Virus record (IMG/VR): IMGVR_UViG_3300023077_000001 | Coordinates: 1 to 51,215 of that record | DNA from: a virus | Lineage: Duplodnaviria; Caudoviricetes | Length of the DNA stretch: 51,215 nucleotides | Direction: 5' to 3' (one strand) | Shown here: positions 26,676 to 36,791 of the stretch, piece after piece | How the letters are laid out: each line of letters starts with the position of its first letter | Position numbering within the stretch: position 1 is the first letter of the stretch | Notes under the pieces: generated by a model | The model's database searches: none | Seen by the model: only the letters and a program-made list of their open reading frames with translations | What the model was told of the DNA's origin: nothing | Translations under genes and position numbers: made by a program

Positions 26676-28341
26676 TGTACGCGGGTTAACGAACGAATAC
26701 CCCGAGTGGGGTGGACTCTACAAGATGGCCGACAATCTCGAACGGCGTAAGCTTAGGCAGGATCAGCTTGCCGTCCAACAACAAGGCAAGCGAGGCGCCG
26801 CAGGCACGTTTCTTCAAAATTATCTGGACCCCAAAGATTATATGAGTGGGACGGCCTACGATCCAATGATATTACAGGGATTGCAGGAGGCGATGCAAAG
26901 TGGCGCACAGCTTGCTATGGCTGGCGCGGACACGCCGACGCTTATGATGGCCCTCGGACCCATGGTGAACAGGCTTAGCAAATATTCGACAACTGCAAAA
27001 ACGGTAAACAAACAGATCGATGACGCTATTGCCGGAATGAAAGCAGACAAACAGGAAGGATACAACTGGGCGGCGTTGAAGGACCAGGCCTTACGACAAG
27101 CGTTTTATAAAACCGACGAGCAGGGTCAAAGTGTGCTTGACCTGGACAGAGCAGACCCGACTGTTAATTGGGTAACCAAGGCAATTGAAGAGCACCCCGA
27201 CAAAGTAACTACTCCTGAAGCCTTTGATGTTTACGCAAAGGGTGCGCCGATGAATAAGTCATTGCGGGATATTACAACGTATGATCAGTTTGGCAATGCG
27301 GATAAGTCAAAAGCGCACTTGATTGCCCAAAACTATCTCGTGCCTGAAATGGACGAGAAGACCGGCCGCGTTATGGATTTCGTGCCCAAGTATCAAGTAG
27401 CGACAAACGAACAGCAACCCCTGTTACATAATTTCATGGACGCAACTGGCAAGCCGGTGAAGGCACCCGTGCGTCTTTTGGATGAAGGCATATTTGACTC
27501 TCTACCTTCAGGTGCAATAAATTATTTGCGCGGTCAGGTAAAAAATGTCTTAAGGGAACACGAGCGCGCTACCGGCGAAAAGATTTCAATTGATAGCCCG
27601 CAGGCTAAAAAACTTGCTCAGGCATTCGCCTATAATGAATTCAATTTACCAAACAGAAAACAGAAAGCCGTTGAGTACGCAGGATATAACAACAAGCCGT
27701 CCGGGCAACAGGTAGCTTTAAATTTAAAGTTGACCCCTGAGTTTCAGGACGCAGAACGGGTAACCGCTCGCAGCCGAAAGCAGGGGCGCCTGGATGTTCA
27801 AAGCGATGAGGAAGAAATGAAGGATTTCAAAGTAAACGCGGTTCAGGCCATTGGCAATATATTCAACGGCGCAGAGGACTTGTCGCAAACGCAAAAAGCG
27901 AACATATCCGGGACGGTGGAGCTGCCTAATGGCTCGACCAAATCGGTTAAGGATTTGCGCGTGTTTGATGTCACCGGCACGATGCCAAAAGGAGAACTGA
28001 AGGCTGGCGCCGCTGAAGATCACAAATTCAAGCATGTATACTACAGCCCTACTACGAAATCGTTGATTGTCGAAAAGGAAAGCGGCCCCGAAGGCCGAAA
28101 ACACATCACCCAGATGGAAATACCCGAAGCCAATGTTGGACAATTTATATACCGCATTGCAGAAGCCAACGGCATTCCGCAGGGCGCAGTCAAGCCTTTG
28201 CTTCAAAAAATGGGTTACAATGGAGGCCGGTTCACGAAAGCTAAACCTGATACTTCCGTAGAAGCTGATGACTTTGAGACCCGCAAAAAAAAGAAAAGCT
28301 GGAAGGACTCTCTTAAGACGAATGCCTTTGGTGGACTATAA
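26665..28341 (+). CDS. Putative internal virion (cargo) protein
   Basis: 558 aa, between pilot protein and polyvalent protein. Confidence 0.6.
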   Translation: MAIDVRGLTNEYPEWGGLYKMADNLERRKLRQDQLAVQQQGKRGAAGTFLQNYLDPKDYMSGTAYDPMILQGLQEAMQSGAQLAMAGADTPTLMMALGPMVNRLSKYSTTAKTVNKQIDDAIAGMKADKQEGYNWAALKDQALRQAFYKTDEQGQSVLDLDRADPTVNWVTKAIEEHPDKVTTPEAFDVYAKGAPMNKSLRDITTYDQFGNADKSKAHLIAQNYLVPEMDEKTGRVMDFVPKYQVATNEQQPLLHNFMDATGKPVKAPVRLLDEGIFDSLPSGAINYLRGQVKNVLREHERATGEKISIDSPQAKKLAQAFAYNEFNLPNRKQKAVEYAGYNNKPSGQQVALNLKLTPEFQDAERVTARSRKQGRLDVQSDEEEMKDFKVNAVQAIGNIFNGAEDLSQTQKANISGTVELPNGSTKSVKDLRVFDVTGTMPKGELKAGAAEDHKFKHVYYSPTTKSLIVEKESGPEGRKHITQMEIPEANVGQFIYRIAEANGIPQGAVKPLLQKMGYNGGRFTKAKPDTSVEADDFETRKKKKSWKDSLKTNAFGGL

Positions 28342-28356
28342 TTAATTACTATTTCT

Positions 28357-31300
28357 ATGCCTACAGGACCCGGCGAAGATATATTGGATGCCATCGAAAG
28401 TGGTGCAGCCGACGACGTGTTAATATTAAAATTTCATGTCAAACCGGAAGAGATTAAAGCTTTCCGTAGTCTGCACTATGGCTTGTCGAACCAGAAAATG
28501 AAATTCGATGAGATTGGAGAGTACTACCCTGAGCTGAACACGTATTTTAAGCCAGCGGCTCCGCTTGCTCGATACAAGCCTACTGCCAAAGACCTTGCCC
28601 CACCTGCGCCTATTCCCAAGCCGGTACCCGGTGATACGGAAGCCAGCAGGGCAAACATCAATAAGGCCCTTTTCGTAAATGATGATGTCATCGACTACAT
28701 GATCCGTGAGGGACGTTATCAAGCCGATGCCCGTCGCCGTCAGGACGAACTTGCCGCCGGTCCTCGCAGCGACATGCCTGTTACCGCACAACTTGCCATG
28801 CAGCGTCTGCAACTTCCCGAACAGGAGACCCGACCGCAAGACCTGCCTGTCACACCGGACGAGCTCCTGACAAAAAAATCAGAGATACACCAGGACGAAC
28901 AACAGGCCCGCCACATGCTCAGTCAGGTAATTGCCCGTAAGCCTGAACAGGCCGCAGCCATTCAAAAGTCGCTGTACAACCTCGACGCTGCTGCCCGCAC
29001 CGATGGCAATGAGGCCGCAATTGCAAAAGTAAATGCCAACCTGGAAAAGCTGGGAAAAGGAGAATTGAAATACGACCCGAAAACTTCGAGGCTTATCGAA
29101 GAGGAAGGTTTTTTCGATGCGTTAGTAACCGGCGTCAAAGAACGTAACAAGCAGCTTAACGATTTTGACGAATTTCAAAAGGACGATACTGAACTGATCA
29201 GCATCCTTGAGAAGCGCTTGCAGGATTACGACCCCGATCAACCGCAGAAGGTTCCAAAGGGTGCCGGAGAAATCAGTCAAATGGTTGGCACGGAATGGAA
29301 GAGCTTGTTGCATGGGGCTTTAATTGGTGGCACTGTTGGCCGTGTGGCTCCCCAAGCCGCGCCATGGCTAACAGCAGCAGCAAATGCCCCTGAATATTTC
29401 AGGCGTGCCTACAGCTCCACTTTAGAGCAAACCTACAACCAGCTTCGCCGTGATGGCAAAACCCCCGAAGAGGCGTTGCAGATCGCGAAATCGCAAGCCA
29501 GGGATGAGGGGTTATTAGATATGGCGGAAGGCGCTATCAGTTCGGCCATTGGCGGTAGGATGGGCCTCAAAGCGCTTCCGAAGTTTAACGTTACCGGAAG
29601 CTTTAAGAACGCCGCTGCCAATGTGTTAAAGCATACCACTCATTACGCAGTCGATCAAACAATCGACGGCCTCGCGGACGGTTTGGTAGCAGGATATCTG
29701 CAAGACCAAAAGAATATTGCTGCGGGTGAAAAAGGAATATTTCGCACGGAGGGCGAAGGAGTCAAAGATGCGATAAAAGGGGAATTAACATTTGCGTTGG
29801 CACTGGGTGGGATTACAAAAGCCGCCTCTGCAACGGTTGATCCAAAAGTGCGCAACAAGTTACTCTATTGGTTGGGAAAGCAGCCCTCCGAAACCGTTGA
29901 GGCAAAGATGGCCGACATGGTGCTTTCTGGGGAGCTCACAGAAGAGCAGGCCAGTGAAGCAAAGCTTGAAATCGAGGAGCAGAAAAAACTGGACGGTAAA
30001 ATTCCCGAAGATATCAAGGATGTCTCTCGCCAAGCCATGGCCGAGAAAATTAAGCGTCGACAAGAACTTGAAACGCAGATTGAAAATGTCGATGAAGCTT
30101 TGCATCCGCCTTTGAAAGAGGAAATTAAAAAACTAAATGACGAAATATTAGAGCATTCAACCCATAAGAAGCCTGACTCTGACAATGAAGAGCAGGAAAT
30201 TGTGGCGGAAGCCACGGAGGCGGCTGATGCGCCGGCCGAACTGCCAGTTCAAGAACCAGGCGCGGAACAAACCGGTTTGGAAGACCAACCCGTGCCTGCT
30301 TCTAACGATTTGCAGCCAACAGAGGGAATCCAAAGCAACCAGCCTGCGTCCGCCGATGCAGCACAGGTTGAAATCAAAACCGAGGAGGACCTGGACGCCG
30401 CCTTACAAAACGCGTTATCCAAATTTCAGCAACAGCCGGAGAAGGCTCCTGATAATGAAGCGCCGCTGCCAAAGCTTGCTGGTAATACCACTCAGGCCAA
30501 ACCCCTAGAGGAAGATGTTACCGTATATACGCCAACCTCTATTTTGCAAAGGGCAAAGGAAACCTTTAAAGGAAACCCGCTGGTCGATCGCGTAGTTAAT
30601 TTTCTCACGCCACTTGTGGAGTCTAATCCAAATATTCGGATTGATCATAAAACATCTGTTCCTGATAATGTGTACGGGTACTCGCATAGCGACGGCCGGA
30701 TTGAGCTCAATTTTAATAACCATGCCGATGAGGCGGCTTTGCTGCAAACCGGGATGCATGAACTCATGCACGCCGTTACGAGATCAGAGATTGAGAATAA
30801 CCAGGCGTTTCGTAGTGAGCTGACCGATATGCTGACCAAGGTTCGGGGCAAGATGTCATTGCCCGATTCGGACGCCGGGGTCACTACAGCCCTGCATCTT
30901 CTTAGCGCAGCCGGGAAGTTGGATGAAAATACCTACGGGGCCGCCAACGTGCACGAAATGATTGCTGAGCTTTTTACTAATCAAAATTTTCGCGATCAAC
31001 TTGCAGAAATTAAGTATGAAGGTGACAGTCTTTTGAAAAAGATTTTTCAATTAATAGCAAAGTTTCTATCCGATAAATACAAACAGGTTGTCGGCGCGAA
31101 GGCCGAAATATCAGCGGATAATGTCGCCGACTATCTGATGCAGCTAACTGAGAGGGTGGTTACTACACAAAGTCAATCCGACAGCGCGGGTGCGCTTGCA
31201 AGTAAAGCGCCTCCGTCAAAAGAGGAGGCGTTGCTCGGCGTTATTAAATCAACACCTAAAAGCATTTCCGACGAGGTACTTCGAAACCGGATTGTTGCTT

Positions 31301-34134
31301 TGACAGGCATGGACGCCGGTGCTGTGCAAAAGCTTATCGACTCTGTACGTAAGCCACCCATCCCCCCGCCACCCACGACAAAAACAGGGGATCTTTCTGA
31401 TGGGCAAAAGTCGGTATCGCTAAACAAGTTCGATAAACTCTTCGAGCAACATAAGGAAAAAAAACCTTCCTGGTTTAGTCGCCAATGGGAGGGCCTCAAG
31501 AATGCCTCGGCCAAACTCGATAACCCATACCGGTTTATTACAAAACTAACTGAAGACATAAGACGTGCATACGGACTACAGAATACTGCGAGCATTCCGT
31601 TAGGCCGGGTGTTTGAAAAGAGCGCAGCAGGTAGAGCGGCTTTAAAGGTGCAGTCTTTTGTTAAAGAAGTGGTGTTAGGCAATATTAATGGCAAAAAATA
31701 CGGACGACTTAAGGGTGAAAAGTACAACGACTTTCAAAAGTATCTCGCGGCCAAACGTGTAATTGATCGTCTCAACAAGCAGGAGGAACTGCGTCGTGGT
31801 GGCGAGGACAGTTCCAGGCAAACCGGCAACATTACCCGACAGGATGCTGCTGTGTTACTCGACCACCTGGCGAGCAAATACGGCAATCTTGACGAATTCG
31901 ACACACGCGCTAAGGCCTTTCAACAACATATGGATGACATGCTGATGAACCTTGTTGGTTCAGGGATTCTTAGCAAGGAGCAATATGATAACATTAAGAA
32001 AGAAAATGATTTTTACGCCCCGTTTTCTGTAGTTCAGGAGAAGTTGCGGGCCGGGATGGAAAAGCAGCCGGTAGGCATTAGCGGGATTGTAAAACGCATA
32101 AAAGGGATTGATTATAATTTGCCTGCAACCCAAAACGATGCTCTTGAAACTATCAATGACTTAAGCGAGGCGTTACGCGAAAACAAAATTTCGCCCGAAG
32201 ATTATTTCAACGGTGCGGTTGAAGTGCTACAGGATGCGCTTAATAATGGGCTTTTAACCACTGAGGAGTACCAACAGGAAATTGCCAGCCTGGCAAATCC
32301 CGGATTTGCTTTGAATGACATTCTTGACGCTGCGGCTAACATGATTTACAAGTCGGAAGGAATGGCCTTGCAAAATAGAAACTTGCAGCGACTGTATTCG
32401 TACAAACAGTATGATACAAAGGGCGAGTTTATTCAAGATGTAGATGCGATGGAGCCCGTAACCATCAAGGGTGGCGAGATAAGGATGGTGCCGAAGCCGC
32501 TGGATGAAATTAAGGTGGCGCCGGGTATGGCGCCTATACGTTTAAAGATTGATGGGAAAGACAAAGTAATAGCAGTTAGTAAAATGGTGGCTGAGAAACT
32601 AACGACCATGAGCAACTATGAAACTGCTACTTGGATGAAAGCCCTCGATGTATTAAACAAGCTATTCCGCGCGGTGGTAATCACCTTGTCGCCCGGCTTC
32701 CAGGTAGTAAACTTTGCTATTGACTTCGTGCGCTCGTCTATGCTGTCCCGGTACGGTCCGATTGCGGGGAAGGGGCTGGTAGAGCCAGTAGTTAATGCAG
32801 CATTATTTGTGCCGCAATATATCGAGGCGTTGCTTCATTCTGCCCTCGGGAATGTCGGCATTAAAACTGAAGCGTATAAGCAATGGATGGAGTCGGACAG
32901 CTTTTCGAAAGGCATGTTCGACAATCTTTTCGACAACGAAAAGAAAATTAAAGAGGTATCGGCCTCTCTCGCCAAACGGCTGCTTGAGAATTTTCTGAAA
33001 CTAAAATTCATTGATACACCTGGCGCCGCTCTTGAGCAGACCCATAAGCTTGCGACCTACCAACGTGGCTTAGCTGTCGAAGGATTTGAGCCCAAGATGT
33101 TCACGGCGATGCTATCTGCTATTTTCAATAAAACGGTCAGTGCCAAAATGACCACGGAGGAAGTGCAGGAGGCGAGCGACCGGTTAAATTATGAAGTACA
33201 AAACTTTGCCGGTTCACCTAACTTTCCGCAGACACACAAGTGGATGAAGGTTGCGTCGGTATTTTTGCAGTTTTTTTCTGCACGGGTAAAGGGCGAAATG
33301 ACTGACTACCGGCGTATTGCGAACTTGTTTTCCGGTAAAGGGGAAGGCGTGGCACTCAAAAAGCAGGAAGCGATACAAATTGGGCTCCAGTTTGCTTCCA
33401 TGGCCAGCGCGCTGGCCGCCTATGCTATCATAAACAATCTCGACGACAAAGACGAAGAGGAGTTTAATGGCGTTCCGCCGTACCATAGGGACAATTACAT
33501 GAACATACCAGCGGGGACATTCGAGTATAAGGACAGTGACGGAAACACGCAAATCCTGCGCGATTATATTAAAATACCCCTGCGGGGCCTAACCGCTACG
33601 ATGAATGTAATGTCCAATAGTTTTGTAAAATTCTACAAACGTCAGAATCCTGAGGAGTTTAAAAAAATGGCGGAAGCGTTTTTGGGGAACGCCTCACCAA
33701 TCAACCTTAGCGGCAACAACGAAAGAGAGCTCGGAGAAAGCTCCATTAGCAACCTCACCCCGGTTTTTAAGTTTTTTATTGAATATTCCTTCAATAGAGA
33801 TACCCATAGTCACCGCGATATCATCCCAGACACCCATGGCGCTCGAAGCATGTTGTCGCAATATACGCGCGGGGATTTAAAGCCGTATGAAGTGTACGTA
33901 GATAAGACGCCGGAATGGGCGAAGGAGATGTCCAGGTATTTATATGAGGAGATGGGAATAAGCATTAATCCAATTACGTTAGACCATATGGAAAATACCA
34001 TGGGTAATCCAACCGAGCTTTACGATAATGCCATTGAGAAACGTCTATTGCGAAGTAAAATGAAATTTCCGCTTTATGTGCCCAAGGGCCCCCGCGAAAC
34101 CCGCTCAGCAGAAGTAAAACCAGTCAACGACTAA
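28357..34134 (+). CDS. Large polyvalent virion protein with zincin-like metallopeptidase and LPD38-like C-terminal region
   Basis: GMHELMHA plus HEMIAE; C-terminal VPPYHRDNYMNIP..YIKIP..PVFKFFIEYSFNRD. Confidence 0.7.
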   Translation: MPTGPGEDILDAIESGAADDVLILKFHVKPEEIKAFRSLHYGLSNQKMKFDEIGEYYPELNTYFKPAAPLARYKPTAKDLAPPAPIPKPVPGDTEASRANINKALFVNDDVIDYMIREGRYQADARRRQDELAAGPRSDMPVTAQLAMQRLQLPEQETRPQDLPVTPDELLTKKSEIHQDEQQARHMLSQVIARKPEQAAAIQKSLYNLDAAARTDGNEAAIAKVNANLEKLGKGELKYDPKTSRLIEEEGFFDALVTGVKERNKQLNDFDEFQKDDTELISILEKRLQDYDPDQPQKVPKGAGEISQMVGTEWKSLLHGALIGGTVGRVAPQAAPWLTAAANAPEYFRRAYSSTLEQTYNQLRRDGKTPEEALQIAKSQARDEGLLDMAEGAISSAIGGRMGLKALPKFNVTGSFKNAAANVLKHTTHYAVDQTIDGLADGLVAGYLQDQKNIAAGEKGIFRTEGEGVKDAIKGELTFALALGGITKAASATVDPKVRNKLLYWLGKQPSETVEAKMADMVLSGELTEEQASEAKLEIEEQKKLDGKIPEDIKDVSRQAMAEKIKRRQELETQIENVDEALHPPLKEEIKKLNDEILEHSTHKKPDSDNEEQEIVAEATEAADAPAELPVQEPGAEQTGLEDQPVPASNDLQPTEGIQSNQPASADAAQVEIKTEEDLDAALQNALSKFQQQPEKAPDNEAPLPKLAGNTTQAKPLEEDVTVYTPTSILQRAKETFKGNPLVDRVVNFLTPLVESNPNIRIDHKTSVPDNVYGYSHSDGRIELNFNNHADEAALLQTGMHELMHAVTRSEIENNQAFRSELTDMLTKVRGKMSLPDSDAGVTTALHLLSAAGKLDENTYGAANVHEMIAELFTNQNFRDQLAEIKYEGDSLLKKIFQLIAKFLSDKYKQVVGAKAEISADNVADYLMQLTERVVTTQSQSDSAGALASKAPPSKEEALLGVIKSTPKSISDEVLRNRIVALTGMDAGAVQKLIDSVRKPPIPPPPTTKTGDLSDGQKSVSLNKFDKLFEQHKEKKPSWFSRQWEGLKNASAKLDNPYRFITKLTEDIRRAYGLQNTASIPLGRVFEKSAAGRAALKVQSFVKEVVLGNINGKKYGRLKGEKYNDFQKYLAAKRVIDRLNKQEELRRGGEDSSRQTGNITRQDAAVLLDHLASKYGNLDEFDTRAKAFQQHMDDMLMNLVGSGILSKEQYDNIKKENDFYAPFSVVQEKLRAGMEKQPVGISGIVKRIKGIDYNLPATQNDALETINDLSEALRENKISPEDYFNGAVEVLQDALNNGLLTTEEYQQEIASLANPGFALNDILDAAANMIYKSEGMALQNRNLQRLYSYKQYDTKGEFIQDVDAMEPVTIKGGEIRMVPKPLDEIKVAPGMAPIRLKIDGKDKVIAVSKMVAEKLTTMSNYETATWMKALDVLNKLFRAVVITLSPGFQVVNFAIDFVRSSMLSRYGPIAGKGLVEPVVNAALFVPQYIEALLHSALGNVGIKTEAYKQWMESDSFSKGMFDNLFDNEKKIKEVSASLAKRLLENFLKLKFIDTPGAALEQTHKLATYQRGLAVEGFEPKMFTAMLSAIFNKTVSAKMTTEEVQEASDRLNYEVQNFAGSPNFPQTHKWMKVASVFLQFFSARVKGEMTDYRRIANLFSGKGEGVALKKQEAIQIGLQFASMASALAAYAIINNLDDKDEEEFNGVPPYHRDNYMNIPAGTFEYKDSDGNTQILRDYIKIPLRGLTATMNVMSNSFVKFYKRQNPEEFKKMAEAFLGNASPINLSGNNERELGESSISNLTPVFKFFIEYSFNRDTHSHRDIIPDTHGARSMLSQYTRGDLKPYEVYVDKTPEWAKEMSRYLYEEMGISINPITLDHMENTMGNPTELYDNAIEKRLLRSKMKFPLYVPKGPRETRSAEVKPVND

Positions 34135-34718
34135 TGAACTACCAACAAAAGGATTTTGATTTCTGCCAGTTTAATCCACTAGTTTCAGGCAAAATGCTTG
34201 AGGCGTATCCTAAGCTGCTTGAAATTATCGAGCCGGACTGGATAGATGCCGATGTTGACGCGTTGCTGCGCTTCATAATAATGGTGTATGACCCGAAAAG
34301 CCCTTTGATTGCGAACGAAAAAGACATTAACTACCGCAAAGGGGTAGCTGGCGAACTTGCGGGAATGGACGACCCGGACATCCTTGAAACAATTTGTACG
34401 GCTACCCATGCCTACAGTTCCGATCTCACCATTAAATATCTCATGAGGTTTGCCAAAAGCAAAGAGTGGGCCGCGATCTGCGCCTTCGAGTCTTCGTTTT
34501 GGGAGTCGATTAAGGAAGTCATGAAGCCTATCAGCGGCAAAAACAGCAAGGAAGTATTGGATTCAGTGCAAAAAAAATCCGCCATCAAGGAAGAGATTGA
34601 AAAGGACATCCTGCGCCTGGACAAGTTATATAGAACCTTCTTTGGAGATGACGATGACCTTCAAAACCGAACGAAGCGCCGCTTAACGCCTGAACTGATG
34701 GCCGTGCGTAATATATAA
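34134..34718 (+). CDS. Hypothetical protein, possible terminase small subunit
   Basis: Directly upstream of large terminase; helical; position only. Confidence 0.45.
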   Translation: MNYQQKDFDFCQFNPLVSGKMLEAYPKLLEIIEPDWIDADVDALLRFIIMVYDPKSPLIANEKDINYRKGVAGELAGMDDPDILETICTATHAYSSDLTIKYLMRFAKSKEWAAICAFESSFWESIKEVMKPISGKNSKEVLDSVQKKSAIKEEIEKDILRLDKLYRTFFGDDDDLQNRTKRRLTPELMAVRNI

Positions 34719-34768
34719 CCTGAGCTGTTTTTTGCTTGATTAATAATCATTCCCTATAGATTAGGTGT
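34717..34768 (+). promoter_or_regulatory. Phage bipartite promoter-like motif
   Basis: AACCTGAGCTGTTTTTTG-N22-TAGATTAGGTGT, 2 nt before terminase ATG. Confidence 0.8.
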
Positions 34769-34770
34769 AT

Positions 34771-36786
34771 ATGTACTACCCGGTCCCGCAGGGAACAGTT
34801 GAAGACGTGCAGGGTTACGAATGCCAGGTGCCTCCGCTCGGATATGGCAAAAACCGGCTTACTGGCGAACTGGAATATGTTGGCGTAATTAAGAAATCAA
34901 TTACGACCGCCAAACAAAAATGGCAACGCATTGACCTGCCTGATGATTGGGACAAGCGCCGAAAAACCGAGCTCCGGCAATTGCAAATTGACCCCGAGTA
35001 TTTTGACCCGGAGCTTGAGAAGATAAGGGAGCAGCATTGGCGTTACCGGCTATGCGGTGTATGGTTCATGAACAATGGCGTGCCCACTTACATTACCGGC
35101 TCCTACTATATGTATCTCAATTGGTGCCCGATTGACATAGGATTTCCGCATTATCGCGATACCGATAGACGCTTCTATTATGTGTGGGAATACTGCGTTG
35201 AGGACCCACGCTGTGCGGGACTCGTAGATATCGAGCGTCGTCGTATGGGAAAAACTTATAAGTCCGGCGCGATCCTGCTCGACCGTGCCTCGCTGTTTCG
35301 GAATCATCACGGCGGCATTCAATCGAAGACTGCAACCGATGCGCAGGGTGTGTTTAGAAAAACGTCTATTACCTTTTTTAAAAAGATGCCCGAATTTTTT
35401 CGGCCAGTCTATGATAAGAGCAAGGGCATGACCCCATCATCGGAGTTACGCTTCTTTCAAACTTCAAAGAAAGGTAGAAACGCGGAAGATGTATTACAAG
35501 GCGATGAGTTGGAAAGCTGGATTGACTGGGGCTCATCTGAACCATTTCATTACGACGGCTCAAAACTTAACACCTATGTCATGGATGAGTTTGGGAAAAC
35601 GATGGAGTGTAACGTATGGGACAGGTGGAACGTAGTTCGGTTTTGTCTTGACCAGGATGGTGTATGGGTAGGCAAGGCACTTTTGACCACCACTATTGAA
35701 GAGATGGAAAACGGGGGTGAAAATGGTAAACGGATTTGGATGAGCTCAGACCCCTTGGAGCGAAACCCGAACGGTAGAACAAAGTCGGGGTTATATAGGT
35801 TTTTTTTGCCCGCATATGAAACAACGTTCTTTGATCAATATGGAATTCCGGAGGTGGAGCGGGCAAAGACGCACTATTTGAATGAGCGTGCAGGCTTGCA
35901 GGGTGACCCTCGTGCACTCTCGTCTATGATCCGAAAGAACCCCTTTGATATACATGAGGCATTCCGCATTGATGGGAATCGATGCTTGTATGACGCGATG
36001 AAACTGAACTATCAGCTCGATGCCATTAGTTACAAGCAGAACGTAACAACGCGGGGCAACTTTGTTTGGGAAAATGGCGAAGCGTTTACGAAGGTTCGAT
36101 TTGAAAAATCTCTGAATGGCCGCTGGGAAGTGAGTTGGTTATTCGAGCGCCACGAAGATGCCAACCAGGTTGTCGCGCGTAGTGGGCGGTACTTCCCAAA
36201 CAACAACCATGCCTTTACTGCCGGATGTGATCCTTTTAAATACGATGCAGTAAAAGATAACCGTCGATCAGATTGCGCAGCTTTTGTATATAAGAAGTAT
36301 AGCCCACTGGAACGCAACTCGTTTTACAACGACACATTTGTCGCTTTCTACCGCTACCGCGCCGCAACCACCGCAGTTCAATATGAAGACCTGCTAAAAA
36401 TGGCGTGGTATTATGGATGTCAAATTCTCTTTGAGCGGAACGTCGATAACTGGCGGGACTTTTTTAAAACAAAAAATTGTGACGGCTTCTTAATGAAGCT
36501 GCCTGGTGAAGATGACTACGGGATTTACACAGACGGACAGAAAAAAACACATCAACTTTTAGCTGACTATACCGAGGCATATATTAATGAGCATATCGAA
36601 AAGGTAGTGTTTGGCAAATTGCTTGAGGACTGGCTTCTTTTCGATATCGGGAAAACGACTGAGTACGATACTGCCATGGCTGCGGGTTTTGCGCTTATTG
36701 CAGCCCGTGACAAGGCCTACAACCGCACTATAGAATCAACCAATGATATTAGCAACTATTTCAAGATGCAGAAAGTACCTGCTTAA
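34771..36786 (+). CDS. terL: Terminase large subunit
   Basis: Walker A RRRMGKT, Walker B YVMDEFGK, nuclease GCDP, LFERN, YDTAMAAG. Confidence 0.92.
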   Translation: MYYPVPQGTVEDVQGYECQVPPLGYGKNRLTGELEYVGVIKKSITTAKQKWQRIDLPDDWDKRRKTELRQLQIDPEYFDPELEKIREQHWRYRLCGVWFMNNGVPTYITGSYYMYLNWCPIDIGFPHYRDTDRRFYYVWEYCVEDPRCAGLVDIERRRMGKTYKSGAILLDRASLFRNHHGGIQSKTATDAQGVFRKTSITFFKKMPEFFRPVYDKSKGMTPSSELRFFQTSKKGRNAEDVLQGDELESWIDWGSSEPFHYDGSKLNTYVMDEFGKTMECNVWDRWNVVRFCLDQDGVWVGKALLTTTIEEMENGGENGKRIWMSSDPLERNPNGRTKSGLYRFFLPAYETTFFDQYGIPEVERAKTHYLNERAGLQGDPRALSSMIRKNPFDIHEAFRIDGNRCLYDAMKLNYQLDAISYKQNVTTRGNFVWENGEAFTKVRFEKSLNGRWEVSWLFERHEDANQVVARSGRYFPNNNHAFTAGCDPFKYDAVKDNRRSDCAAFVYKKYSPLERNSFYNDTFVAFYRYRAATTAVQYEDLLKMAWYYGCQILFERNVDNWRDFFKTKNCDGFLMKLPGEDDYGIYTDGQKKTHQLLADYTEAYINEHIEKVVFGKLLEDWLLFDIGKTTEYDTAMAAGFALIAARDKAYNRTIESTNDISNYFKMQKVPA

Positions 36787-36791
36787 AATTA

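Noticed and set aside
28357-34134. Virion RNA polymerase subunit
   Set aside because: No DxDxD-type catalytic motif found by eye; motifs fit metallopeptidase and LPD38-like domains
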